Notes: generated from the letters alone by a model not told the origin. DNA of 64,000 nt from Actinomycetota bacterium (GCA_036679125.1 JAZIGI010000004.1:5904-69903); one strand, 5' to 3'. Counted from the stretch's first letter, positions 18,248-27,867 are shown. Translations and numbers: made by a program.

Positions 18248-19271
18248 ATGTCCCGTCCGCATCCGTGGGGTCGTTGGTGTGCAGAAGATACCCCCGATAC
18301 TCCTCGAGCAGCGCATCGAGTTCGGCCGAGCTGGTGACGTGGTTCACCCGGTCGCGCACATGGCGGGCGCCGGGCATCCCCACGATGTACCACCCGATGT
18401 GCTTGCGCATGCGCGCAACGGCGTGCTCGCCGGCGAAGGCCACCAGCGCCCGCGCGTGCTCGCGCGCCATGTCCACGCGCTCGAGCGGCGTGGGGGGCGC
18501 CAGCGTCTCGCCGTTTTCGAGGAGTGCGCGCGCCTCGCGGAAGATCCACGGGTTGCCCTGCGCCCCGCGTGCCACCATCACGGCGTGGACGCCCGTGCGC
18601 TCGAGCATCGCACCCGCATCGTCCGCTGAGAAGATGTCGCCGCTGCCGATCACCGGCACCGTGACGGCCCTTGCGACCTCGGCGATCGTGTCCCAGTCGG
18701 CCACACCCTGGTAGAACTGCTGTCTGGTGCGCCCGTGCACGCACAGCGCCGCCGCACCGGCGGCCTCCATGCGGCGAGCGAACTCCACCGCGTTGATCGA
18801 GCTCGCGTCCCACCCCGTGCGGAACTTCACGGTCACCGGCATGCTCACCGCCTCGGCCATGCGCGACACCACCTCGGCAGCGAGATCCGGCGTGCGCATG
18901 AGCGCGCTGCCCTCGCCGTTGCTCACGACCTTGGTGACGGGGCAGCCCATGTTGATGTCGATGAGCGCCACACCGCTGCCGTAGCGCTCGAGCACCCACG
19001 CGGCGCGGTCGGCCATGAGGGCGGGGTCGGAACCGAAGAGCTGCACGCCGCAGGGCACCTCGGCGGGGTCGAACGAGAGCAGCTCCTGCGTGACGCGGGC
19101 GTCGGGGTTGTAGTGCAGCCCCTTGGCGCTGATCATCTCGGTGTAGGTGAGCGTCGCGCCCATGCGCTTGCAGATGCCGCGGAACGGCGCCTCGGTCACG
19201 CCGGCCATGGGGCCGAGGACCACGGAGCGCGGTGGCAGCAGTGTGTGGATGTGGGGCGGTGTCGTACGCAT
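18234..19271 (-). CDS. dus: tRNA-dihydrouridine synthase
   Basis: Only the C-terminal 345 aa of the 670-aa ORF are convincing. MRTTPPHIHTLLPPRSVVLGPMAGVTEAPFR...IDINMGCPV...VHGRTR... GTG 19277 is an alternative start. Confidence 0.9.
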   Translation of the reverse strand: MRTTPPHIHTLLPPRSVVLGPMAGVTEAPFRGICKRMGATLTYTEMISAKGLHYNPDARVTQELLSFDPAEVPCGVQLFGSDPALMADRAAWVLERYGSGVALIDINMGCPVTKVVSNGEGSALMRTPDLAAEVVSRMAEAVSMPVTVKFRTGWDASSINAVEFARRMEAAGAAALCVHGRTRQQFYQGVADWDTIAEVARAVTVPVIGSGDIFSADDAGAMLERTGVHAVMVARGAQGNPWIFREARALLENGETLAPPTPLERVDMAREHARALVAFAGEHAVARMRKHIGWYIVGMPGARHVRDRVNHVTSSAELDALLEEYRGYLLHTNDPTDADGTYGEA

Positions 19272-19303
19272 GAGCACATGGTACGACGAGCGGAGCGCGG
19301 TGG

Positions 19304-19732
19304 TCAGGCCGATCGCGCGGGGGTGCGTCCGCCGAGCAACACGAAGGCGGCCCCCATCACCAGGAGCCCCGCGCCGTCGAAGACCGTGAACCGCGCGATG
19401 CTGGCCGCGAGCGCGTCGTGGCCCGCGGGGAGCGTGAGCAGCAGCCACGTCTCGCCCGCAAGCCCGATCAGCTGTTGAGCGAGCACCACGGCGAAGAGCG
19501 CCCGGTGCCGCCGCGGGTCCCACAGCACGAGGGGATAGGTGGCGTTCCACATCAGGAACGCGATGCCGAGGCCGCGGACCGCTGCCTCGCCGGGTACGCC
19601 CGCAAGCTCGAAGCCCGCGGTGTAGCGCCCGGGCCACAGGATGAACTGCAACGCGCACTGTACGTTCAGCAAGAAGACGGCGCCCACAGCGAGCCGCGCG
19701 AACCACACGCGAGGGTCCGCAGGCCGGGACAT
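19304..19732 (-). CDS. Small polytopic membrane protein, hypothetical
   Basis: Trimmed to ATG 19732, which makes an ATGA overlap with the upstream gene's stop. 142 aa with about four hydrophobic helices. Confidence 0.6.
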   Translation of the reverse strand: MSRPADPRVWFARLAVGAVFLLNVQCALQFILWPGRYTAGFELAGVPGEAAVRGLGIAFLMWNATYPLVLWDPRRHRALFAVVLAQQLIGLAGETWLLLTLPAGHDALAASIARFTVFDGAGLLVMGAAFVLLGGRTPARSA

Positions 19733-20556
19733 CAGCGTCTCCAGGGGTCGCGCGCTCCGTCGCGGATCCGGCGGGCCGCGCCGAAGAGCAGCGGCGAGAG
19801 GTCCGACGCGGGCTTCGTCTCCCACTTGAGCCACACCGACAGGCCGCGCACCACCACGGCAAGCGCCACGGACACGATGCCGGCCCACCCCTTGGTGACG
19901 TGCGCGATGTCCACCAGCAGCACGAAGAAGCCGGCCCCAACCACCGCCGTGAGGCCGTACAGGGTGCCCGGGCGGAGCAGGCGTGGCACGTCTCCCACGA
20001 GCATGTCGCGCAGCACGCTGCCGCCCACGGCCGTGATGGTGCCGAGCAGGATCGCGGGCATCGGCATGAGCCCCGCGCGCATCGCCTTGTCCGCGCCGAC
20101 GATCGCGAACAGGCCGAGCGAGAGCGCGTCGATCGTGAACAGCACCGGGTTGAGTCGGTGCACGAGGCCAGTGAAGTAGTAGCCGAGAGCGGCCGCCAGC
20201 AGTGCCACGATGAGGAAGTCGCGCGATGAGAAAGCCGCCACGCCATGATCGAGCAGGATCACGTCGCGGATGATGCCGCCGCCGAGTCCCGCCACGATGC
20301 CGAGCGTGGCCATGCCCATGATGTCGAGCTTGTGGTCGGCGGCGAACACGCCACCCACCACCGCGCCCACGAAGACCGCCGCGAGCTCGAGCGGAAGCGG
20401 CACCGCCACCTGTCCGATCGTGGCGGGAGCCGTGGTGGTGATCGCCGAGGGAAGTACCTCGGCGGCGATGCTCGTGAGGACGGACTCTACCGCGCCCGTG
20501 GCCTCAGGTGCGGCGGTGGCGGCGGCAGAAGCGAGTGCAAGGAGTGTGGCGTCCAT
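19732..20556 (-). CDS. Trimeric intracellular cation channel (TRIC/UPF0126, YadS-like) family membrane protein
   Basis: Trimmed to ATG 20556 (MDATLLALAS). It has two internal repeats with GLGGGIIRDVIL and AVGGSVLRDMLV motifs. Confidence 0.8.
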   Translation of the reverse strand: MDATLLALASAAATAAPEATGAVESVLTSIAAEVLPSAITTTAPATIGQVAVPLPLELAAVFVGAVVGGVFAADHKLDIMGMATLGIVAGLGGGIIRDVILLDHGVAAFSSRDFLIVALLAAALGYYFTGLVHRLNPVLFTIDALSLGLFAIVGADKAMRAGLMPMPAILLGTITAVGGSVLRDMLVGDVPRLLRPGTLYGLTAVVGAGFFVLLVDIAHVTKGWAGIVSVALAVVVRGLSVWLKWETKPASDLSPLLFGAARRIRDGARDPWRR

Positions 20557-20585
20557 GAGCGGATGGTAGCACCGGCAGGGGGGCG

Positions 20586-21596
20586 CTACACCTGCGCGAC
20601 CCGCTCGGCCACGATGATCGTGAGAAGGATCAGCAAGGTGATCGCCCAGGCGGCGATGGCGATGCGCCGCGCCTTCTTGGCCTTCTCGGCCTCCCACCAC
20701 TTGCGTGGCCGGATGCGCTGGATCACGAACGTGGCCATAGCGGCGAGGTTCACCGACGCGATGTTGGCGATGAGGAGCAGCAGCGCTCCTGATGCCTGGG
20801 CCCAGTGACCGTCTCCGGCGAGCATGCCCGCCGTGGCGAGAGGGGGCAGCAGGGCAACGGCGACCATCACGCCCACGAGCACCGCCGGCACGCCGGTGGT
20901 GAAGGCGAGCGAGCCCGCCGCGCCTGCGGCGAGCGCCAGCGCGATGCTGCCGAAGCCGACACCCGTGCGCGACACGATCTCCGGCGCCGCCGGATCGATG
21001 TCGAGCAGCACGCCGAGGGCGATCGAGAGCACTGCGGCGATGCCCAGGCCCGCCACGAGCGTGGTGGCCGCGCGCCGGGCGAGCGAGGTGTCGCCGAGCG
21101 TGCTGGCGAACGAGAGCGCGATGTTGGGGCCGAGGAGCGGGGCTATCACCATGGCGCCGATGATGGTGGCAACGTCGCCACGGATCAGGCCGAGGGCAGC
21201 GACGATCGTTGAGAGCGCGACCATCGCGGCGTAGGTGGGCGTGAGCTTGGTGCCCGAGGCGAGGTCCTCATAGAGCTCCTCGCGGCTGATGCGGAGCGCG
21301 GTACCGTTGGGCTGCTCCGGCTCCTCCGCCGTCTGCTCGGGCTCGGGCTCCTCGATGCGAGGCAGAGTGGCCTCCACGGCCAGCAGCACCATGCGATGCG
21401 TTTCTCCCGGCAGGCGCGCCGAAAGCGCATCGGTGACCTCTTCGACCGCCTCGGCGTCGAGTAGCACCCGCATGGCCGTCCGCTGACTGGAGTCGCGGTC
21501 CACCCACAGGTGGTGGATACGCTGCTCCTCGAGGAGCGCGATCACATCGTCGGCTTCGTCCGCCGAGGTGTCGAATTCCAGCAGGCGCAGACTCAC
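20586..21596 (-). CDS. DUF389/TIGR00341-family membrane protein
   Basis: Trimmed to GTG 21596 (VSLRLLEFD...). It has a soluble N-domain followed by a polytopic region, GAMVIAPLLGPNIALSFA...LPPLATAGM. Confidence 0.75.
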   Translation of the reverse strand: MSLRLLEFDTSADEADDVIALLEEQRIHHLWVDRDSSQRTAMRVLLDAEAVEEVTDALSARLPGETHRMVLLAVEATLPRIEEPEPEQTAEEPEQPNGTALRISREELYEDLASGTKLTPTYAAMVALSTIVAALGLIRGDVATIIGAMVIAPLLGPNIALSFASTLGDTSLARRAATTLVAGLGIAAVLSIALGVLLDIDPAAPEIVSRTGVGFGSIALALAAGAAGSLAFTTGVPAVLVGVMVAVALLPPLATAGMLAGDGHWAQASGALLLLIANIASVNLAAMATFVIQRIRPRKWWEAEKAKKARRIAIAAWAITLLILLTIIVAERVAQV

Positions 21597-21645
21597 GGCC
21601 GCTCCGATCCAGGGCGTGACCGTGCTGTCCGGGATGCGCTCACGG

Positions 21646-21987
21646 TCACGACTCGAGCGTGGTGTCCACCAGCGCCGCATCGGCAGCGTTCTTCTTCACC
21701 GAGGCGATGCCGTTTTCCATTGTGGCCGCCGAGGCGTACATCTGGCTGCGCCCGACCTCCTGGCCGTTGCTGGCCTTCAGCACGAAGTACGGACGGCCGT
21801 CTTTGGCGGTGCGGCGCTCGAAGCGCTCGTCGAGCACGCCGTTCTTCCGCACGGACTCTATGCCGGCCAGGGCGCTCTTCTTCGCCTTGTAGGTCTCGCT
21901 CGTGAGGATGGTCTGGCTGTTGCCGGCCTTGAGGTTGAAGGTGAACTCACCGTTCTTGGCCAGGGCGAGCACGAATTTGCCGGGCAT
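21646..21987 (-). CDS. YegP/DUF1508 family protein (two tandem repeats)
   Basis: MPGKFVLALAKNGEFTFNLKAGNSQTILTSETYKAKKSALAGIESVRKN and ...GRPYFVLKASNGQEVGRSQMYASAATMENGIASVKKN. The RBS is AAAGGAG. Confidence 0.85.
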   Translation of the reverse strand: MPGKFVLALAKNGEFTFNLKAGNSQTILTSETYKAKKSALAGIESVRKNGVLDERFERRTAKDGRPYFVLKASNGQEVGRSQMYASAATMENGIASVKKNAADAALVDTTLES

Positions 21988-22275
21988 GAGGACTCCTTTC
22001 GGCGGGGGCTATGTCAGGTAGGTACCCGAAAGGAGGCGGGGGAGGTGTCTGCCGGTTGGGGTAGACTTACGGCGACTTCTATACCGAGGGTTGGGCGATC
22101 GATTGGGTGCAGCTGTCCTGCTGACTACAGGGTGCATTCTCAAGGATTCCGAAGCCGTCTGAGACAACTGTCACTGTGGCTCCCGTCAAGCCGAGGTCGA
22201 AACGAAAGCCAGTGTGTCGGAATAGCATGGCTCAGTGATGGGGTGGCCGGTGCTAGTCCACCGTGCACAGAGTCG

Positions 22276-22842
22276 TCATGCGCTTTCCTCGTACACGGCC
22301 ATCTCGATTCCGAGGAGTTGAAGCCCCCGACACAGCAGTTCTCTGTCGGCTAGGTTGATGATCGCGCCCCCCGAAAAGAGCACTAACAGCTTCCTTGGCG
22401 CTCGTGAGCCATCTGTGAGTCCGGGTGCAGCGGCCATGAACTCGAGCATTCGACGGACAGCTGTTTCCCACTTCGCATACGCCCCGCGCGAGGCCACAAG
22501 AAGCTCGCCAGAGTCGAGCCGATGAAGCGAAACAGGCTTGCGATACTCGATCTCGACTGCGCCCAAGCCGTATGTTGAATCGATGACGGTGTCGATATCT
22601 CTCTCAAGTGGCCGCCGGTCCTTGGAGTACCTGTTGAGAACCCCATCCTTGATGTAGGTGCGCACCTTTTCCGAGGGCATGTACTGGCGAAGAACGCCGC
22701 CGACGTCCTCACACGCAAGCAGCGAATCCATGAAGATGCCGTTGTCGATGCGGCCCATGCGCAGGTAATGCGTTTCGTCGGCCTGGCGGTAGATTTCGGC
22801 CTTCACGCGCTTCTGTACGTCTCGCGGCAACTGAACGCTCAT
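22276..22842 (-). CDS. Hypothetical 188-aa protein, last gene of the island operon
   Basis: Start ATG 22842 overlaps the stop of the helicase gene (ATGA). The composition is normal. I recognise no motif. Confidence 0.7.
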   Translation of the reverse strand: MSVQLPRDVQKRVKAEIYRQADETHYLRMGRIDNGIFMDSLLACEDVGGVLRQYMPSEKVRTYIKDGVLNRYSKDRRPLERDIDTVIDSTYGLGAVEIEYRKPVSLHRLDSGELLVASRGAYAKWETAVRRMLEFMAAAPGLTDGSRAPRKLLVLFSGGAIINLADRELLCRGLQLLGIEMAVYEESA

Positions 22843-24497
22843 GCAATCTCCGGAAACTCGAGGACGTGGGCATCATCTTGCTCGCTAAGGTCAGCCACAT
22901 CCCGCAGCCATTGGTCGATGAAGGGGCCAACCTGCGGATCGCTGAACTCGACCATTCCGGTCCCAAGGTACACATTCTCAGGTCTGGGTTGTCGTCGCAA
23001 TTCGCCGTCGAGATCGGACACCACAGCTATCCTGCGAATGTCGGACACGAAGTCCAGGACGACGACCGAGGTCTTCTCTGGAGTGACCCTAAGGCCTCTT
23101 CCGAGTTGCTGTACGAAGATGCGTCTAGAGTGCGTTGCGCGAAGGAAGACGAGGATGTTCACGTCTGGGACATCGATACCTTCGTTCAGGACGTCCGCCG
23201 CAGCAACAGCCGCCACTGAGCCTGCCGAGAACTCCATCAGGGCCCGATTCTGTTCGATGCGACTGACTCCTGATAGGCACTTGCAGCGAATGCCGGCGAT
23301 CGTCGTCAGCATCTGGGCGAAGCGCTTGGCGTGCTCTACTGACGGGCTGAAGATGGCGATTCTCGGGTTCTCCATTTCGGTTGCCACCTGTTTGATTTCC
23401 TCGATGCATGCTTCGTCACGCTGCGGCATGAATAGCTTCTTGTTCAGGTCCCTGATTGTCAGTCTGTTCCTGCTTAGCTTTGGGACAGCGTCCCAATCGA
23501 CGTTGTCGCAGAAGATGCGGTAGTCGACTGTCGCCAGGTATCCAGCGCTCATCCCGTCCACGAGCGAGACCCGCTCGACAGGCTCTCCGAAGATCCCGTC
23601 GATCGACGATCCATCGCCTAGCCACGGAGTGGCCGTCATCCCCACAAGGAACTTCGGTCTCAGGTGGCTCAGGCAAGTTCTGAATCCGTGAGCTAGGGCA
23701 TGGTGGGCCTCATCGACAATGACAACATCGAACTCGTCTTCATCTATGCCGCCCAGGTAGCCCAGGAAGCTCTGGTACAGACCGAAGTTCACCCCATCGT
23801 ATGCGTGCGGTGGAGCTCCCCCGTAGAACGTGCGTGTGGGGACGTCCTTGGGTAGCTGAGTCCAGAAGCTCTGTTCAAGCTGAAGGGCCAGCGGTTGTCG
23901 ATCGCAGAGAACCAGCGCCCGCTTCAGCCCTCGCTGTCGCAGCTCTACCAGGAGTTGTGCAGCGACCACACTCTTCCCCAGTCCCGTCGCGAGTACGAAC
24001 TGCGCGCGCTTCTCGCCGGCATCGTATGCATCCAGGCAAGTCCTCACAACGCGGTCCTGATAGTCCCGAAGCTGGCGCTTCTCGTGATGCTCTGACGGCC
24101 ACATGTCCAGCAAGTCGCGCAGGAACTTCCCATTCCAAAGCTTCAGATCAAAGCCAGCGTTGCGAAGTTCGTCGCGACGAAGATGTGCCGACTTGGTGAA
24201 GTCGCCGTTCGTCACGACCACGCCCACTTGGGCTCCGTATGCGGCCTGGGCCGCAACCGCTTCATCAATTGGCGACTTGCCAACATAACGGTCGCCGGTA
24301 ACGGCTTTTGATTGCACCACATATGGGATTCTACGGGGACCATTGGCGCGAACCGCGATAATGTCACCGCCCATGTCGCCAGCCCGACCGATAACCCGTA
24401 CCGAGCTCCAACCACAATGTGACATGACGCGAGCCACTGCTCTCTCAAGTCCGCGCCAATCCGCCCCCGACATCAACTCGTCAGTGAGGAAACTCAT
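22839..24497 (-). CDS. Fusion protein: N-terminal Mrr-like PD-(D/E)xK nuclease plus SF2 DEAH-box helicase (type III restriction res-like)
   Basis: The Mrr_cat-like part is WRGLERAVARVMSHCGW..GDMGGDIIA...YVVQSK. Helicase motifs: ATGLGKS (Walker A), VDEAHH (DEAH), MTATP (III), QQLGRGLR (VI). Confidence 0.85.
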   Translation of the reverse strand: MSFLTDELMSGADWRGLERAVARVMSHCGWSSVRVIGRAGDMGGDIIAVRANGPRRIPYVVQSKAVTGDRYVGKSPIDEAVAAQAAYGAQVGVVVTNGDFTKSAHLRRDELRNAGFDLKLWNGKFLRDLLDMWPSEHHEKRQLRDYQDRVVRTCLDAYDAGEKRAQFVLATGLGKSVVAAQLLVELRQRGLKRALVLCDRQPLALQLEQSFWTQLPKDVPTRTFYGGAPPHAYDGVNFGLYQSFLGYLGGIDEDEFDVVIVDEAHHALAHGFRTCLSHLRPKFLVGMTATPWLGDGSSIDGIFGEPVERVSLVDGMSAGYLATVDYRIFCDNVDWDAVPKLSRNRLTIRDLNKKLFMPQRDEACIEEIKQVATEMENPRIAIFSPSVEHAKRFAQMLTTIAGIRCKCLSGVSRIEQNRALMEFSAGSVAAVAAADVLNEGIDVPDVNILVFLRATHSRRIFVQQLGRGLRVTPEKTSVVVLDFVSDIRRIAVVSDLDGELRRQPRPENVYLGTGMVEFSDPQVGPFIDQWLRDVADLSEQDDAHVLEFPEIA

Positions 24498-26863
24498 TCG
24501 GTCAGCTCGGATTCGAGGAACGAGATGCTGTGACTGCAGCGCGACAGCTCCTCCTTCTGTCGATAGGCGCCAGCGGATGCAGCGGCCTCTCCGAGCACCC
24601 AGGTAGCGTCCTTCATGAGTCCGATGATCCTATCGAGCGACTCTGATCGTGCTCTCTTCGTGGCGGCAGGATCGCCAAGTGAGATTGATGTGTACGGAGT
24701 GCTCAGGCACGCTCCATCGAGCACCCTTCCGGGGAAGGCGTCCACAAGCCGAACCAGCGCACGAGGCGATACTGAGTAGATGGCCTCAATGCACCCGGGT
24801 GATGCGTCCTGAAACTTCTTGAGGAGTGACGGCTGCTCCAAGAGGGCCATCGCCGTAACCTCCTCGTCGCCCGCATGTTGCTTGATCGATGCGATCACTT
24901 CGGCCTCGACAGGTGCAAGCTCCAAGACCATCCTCTCGCGCAGTCCGTTGAAGAAGTGCGACGCTCGCTCCTGGAGACCGATTCTGTCTATTCGGCCGTC
25001 GGAGAAGTTTCGCTCGTAGACATCGAGGAAGGCCGCGCCCAGGTCTGTAAGGTTGTCGCGAATCTTGAACCTCTCGGCCAGGTACAGCGCTAGTAGCTCT
25101 CTTGGTCCTGCGGGGTAGGCGGCAATTCCCGGGTGTCGGGGATCGAACACGAAGTCGCAGTTGTAACCTTGCGAGAAGAAGGCGCAAGCTCGCCTCTCGC
25201 CGTCCACAAGTATGCTTCCTGACTCCAGTTCCCAGGTCTTCACTTCGAACGGAGAAGCATTGCCGCCCACGAAGTAGCGGCGCGACATAGAGCTGTTGGC
25301 CCTCGCCAGAGTCTTCAACTCATCAAGACTACTTGTCTTCTTCGGTGTAGCCTCAGGCGTGCTTGGCGTGGGGGTAGGGGGTTCGTCGTCATGCGTGGAT
25401 GGTGCATACTCGTCTGGGTCGTCGCTAGCGATACCGCCGGAATCGACAGGTCCCTCATCTCCGGACTTCTTGTTAGCCTTTCGGCGGTCAGACTCCTTCG
25501 CGGCCTCGAACCACTTCTGATCCGGAACGTATTCTGGATCGCCCTCCCGGAAGCGCTCGGCCCACTGGCGTGCCAACGCTGGTTCGACCGCCAAGTTCTT
25601 CGTCCCTGAGTCTGCACGACGGTAGGCGTTTACGAGTCTACCGATATACGAGGAGTTCTCATCCGTGAAGCCCATTCCGCGACGGGCCTGGGGAAGAATA
25701 GGACCCACTCCCCGAAGTGCATCGATGGTCTCCCGCCAGGAATCGTCCTGCCGATCGAAGTCGTTCTTCTGATATGTCGGAATCAGATAGTCCACATGGA
25801 GTTCGCCGATGATTCGCCCGCCGACGGTGGAGCCGAGCTCTTTTGGATACTCTTGCGACCGAGTGCCTGTGATTGGGTTCTCATAGAAGAAGAGGGTCTT
25901 GTCTGACAGAAGAATCTTCCTACCATTGCGCACGAAGTCGATGCCGAAGTCGTCCGGATCAGCGTACCTCTGGATGCCAATCCAGCCATGCAGGACCTTG
26001 CGGCGCATGATGATGCTGTCGGGTAGTTGCTCGCCGCGTGATAGAAGTTCAAGCAGTGAATCCGCCTCGAGCGGAGCGACGTAGGCGTTCCGCACTACGT
26101 CAAAGAAGGCCTCACCGAGCGTCTCCTCCACCTGGATGACTGCTGGCACCTGCACTCCGTTGCGGACCACAAAGCGGTCGTCACCCCAGACACATGCTGG
26201 TCGAGTTACGAGTCGCTTACCTTGAACTTCAACTGCCACGTCTGAGGTGGCGAGAAGGGGCGAGTAGACTCGCTCGAGTTGTCGTCGAATCTGCTGCTCC
26301 TGATCTCGTAGCGTCCTATATGCACCAGGCTTAAGGTCACTGACCACCACTCTGGTGCCGTGCTCGCTTGTCACGGTCTTCGGTTCATGGATCACGGGTG
26401 CCATGAAGTCGCCCGACTTCTGCAGCTCGTCGAAGTCGATCTCGATGCCGACCCACTCCGATGACTCTTGCGTGGCCGATAAGACGCGCGTGCGGTTGCC
26501 AAGACGGGCGGTCGCTATGTTGAACCCCATCCCAAAGAGACCGAGGTTATCGAGCGGGTTTCGTCCTGTGTAGCCCGCCCTTGCGACGTTACTGATTTGC
26601 TCCAGCGTCATGCCAGGGCCATTGTCACTGACCTCAAGCGTGCGATCTCGCGCCGGCACTGCGGCAGCAGACCAAGAGACTGCGACGCGCGCGCCCTGCG
26701 GCGCGGTGTCTGGGCCCGATGCTTCGGCGGTAGCGAATGCATCGATAGCATTGTCGACGAGTTCCGCAATGCACTGCCATGTAGCGTACGGAATGTCACC
26801 GAGCACTCTCAGTACCCGCGGAGTCGGATGGATGCCGACCTTCTGTACTTCGTCTGCGCTCAA
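24494..26863 (-). CDS. GHKL-superfamily ATPase, MORC-like (prokaryotic MORC/paraMORC), 789 aa
   Basis: Bergerat-fold motifs: ELVDNAIDA (N-box), DNGPGM (G1), GLFGMGF (G2). Downstream are FGIDFVRNGRKIL and GRIIGELHVDYLIPTYQKNDF. These resemble the MORC S5-domain signature (..PTHNKQDF..), which I cite from memory. Confidence 0.85.
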   Translation of the reverse strand: MSADEVQKVGIHPTPRVLRVLGDIPYATWQCIAELVDNAIDAFATAEASGPDTAPQGARVAVSWSAAAVPARDRTLEVSDNGPGMTLEQISNVARAGYTGRNPLDNLGLFGMGFNIATARLGNRTRVLSATQESSEWVGIEIDFDELQKSGDFMAPVIHEPKTVTSEHGTRVVVSDLKPGAYRTLRDQEQQIRRQLERVYSPLLATSDVAVEVQGKRLVTRPACVWGDDRFVVRNGVQVPAVIQVEETLGEAFFDVVRNAYVAPLEADSLLELLSRGEQLPDSIIMRRKVLHGWIGIQRYADPDDFGIDFVRNGRKILLSDKTLFFYENPITGTRSQEYPKELGSTVGGRIIGELHVDYLIPTYQKNDFDRQDDSWRETIDALRGVGPILPQARRGMGFTDENSSYIGRLVNAYRRADSGTKNLAVEPALARQWAERFREGDPEYVPDQKWFEAAKESDRRKANKKSGDEGPVDSGGIASDDPDEYAPSTHDDEPPTPTPSTPEATPKKTSSLDELKTLARANSSMSRRYFVGGNASPFEVKTWELESGSILVDGERRACAFFSQGYNCDFVFDPRHPGIAAYPAGPRELLALYLAERFKIRDNLTDLGAAFLDVYERNFSDGRIDRIGLQERASHFFNGLRERMVLELAPVEAEVIASIKQHAGDEEVTAMALLEQPSLLKKFQDASPGCIEAIYSVSPRALVRLVDAFPGRVLDGACLSTPYTSISLGDPAATKRARSESLDRIIGLMKDATWVLGEAAASAGAYRQKEELSRCSHSISFLESELTE

Positions 26864-26883
26864 CTGGCCCCCCTACTATCCCG

Positions 26884-27867
26884 CTATCGTCTGGTGTTCT
26901 CCAAGTAGGTCGCGACTGACTGCGCAACATGGTGAGCTAGCACCGGCGGTACCGCATTGCCTATCTGCATTATGTTCGTTGTTGCGGAATGGGGAAACAC
27001 GAAGCTGTCCGGGAAGGTCTGAAGCCTCGCACACTCCCTAACCGTAAGACGCCTTGGCAGCGAGTAGTGGAACTGAACGCGAGACTTGGCATTCGCCCTG
27101 ACGGTGTATGCTGGCTTGTCCGCCTGGCTGGTCTCATCCCCTTGACCGTTGCCACGTTTCGCCTTGCTGGCCAGGAAGAACTGGCTTTGGTTAGGCACGG
27201 ACTCATCAGTTACGGGCTCCAAGTCCTCGATAGCCCACCGAATCGATCTGTGCGCCCCCGCATGCGTCGCCCGTGGCGCCAAGGGCGCGCCATCCAGGTC
27301 ACTCCGGACGCCGACCAGGAAGATTCTTGTTCGATTCTGTGGGACACCGTAGTCCGGAGCGAACAAACGCCATGTCTGAAATCGATAGTCCTCAGCCTCG
27401 AAATCGAAGATTATCTGCCTGAGCGCATCCCCATCATGAATGCGCTCCAGGTGAGGAACATTCTCAGCGACCACGACCTTCGGTCGGTGCCTCCTCATGT
27501 ACGCTACAAGCGCCAAGTAGAGTTGTCCGCGCTCGGAGGTCAGCCCACGCTTGGGGCCACATGAAGAGAAGTCCTGGCAGGGAAAGCCGCCGATCAGAAC
27601 GTCCGTGCCCTGCATGCCATCGACGTATGGATTGCTGAGGTCTCTGATCTCGATTGACTGGTCGAGGTTCTCGCGGTACGTGGCGACGGCCTTCGCGTCG
27701 TAGTCGAACGACTGGGCGATCTCAAATGGAAGTCCTGGCAGTGATTCACCCCGGAACTCGAAGCCCCCTCTGAACCCAAGGTCCATGCCGCCGCATCCGG
27801 CGAAGAATGAGGTGATGGTGAACCGGCTGCTCGACTCGGCGATTGAGACACGATGAAGAGGGATCAC
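26884..27867 (-). CDS. dcm: DNA (cytosine-5)-methyltransferase
   Basis: Motifs: I FFAGCGG, IV GGFPCQDFS, VI ENV, VIII QNRTR, X GNAVPP. The start is uncertain. GTG 27867 lies 20 nt after the vsr stop with a GAAGGG RBS. ATG 27975 would overlap vsr by 88 nt. Confidence 0.9.
   Translation of the reverse strand: MIPLHRVSIAESSSRFTITSFFAGCGGMDLGFRGGFEFRGESLPGLPFEIAQSFDYDAKAVATYRENLDQSIEIRDLSNPYVDGMQGTDVLIGGFPCQDFSSCGPKRGLTSERGQLYLALVAYMRRHRPKVVVAENVPHLERIHDGDALRQIIFDFEAEDYRFQTWRLFAPDYGVPQNRTRIFLVGVRSDLDGAPLAPRATHAGAHRSIRWAIEDLEPVTDESVPNQSQFFLASKAKRGNGQGDETSQADKPAYTVRANAKSRVQFHYSLPRRLTVRECARLQTFPDSFVFPHSATTNIMQIGNAVPPVLAHHVAQSVATYLENTRR

Noticed and set aside
19272-20246. The upstream 325 aa of the 670-aa ORF containing dus.
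   Set aside because: The composition is Arg/Ala/Pro-rich. The region is occupied in other frames by two membrane-protein genes (19304-19732 and 19732-20556) that have clear TRIC-type motifs.
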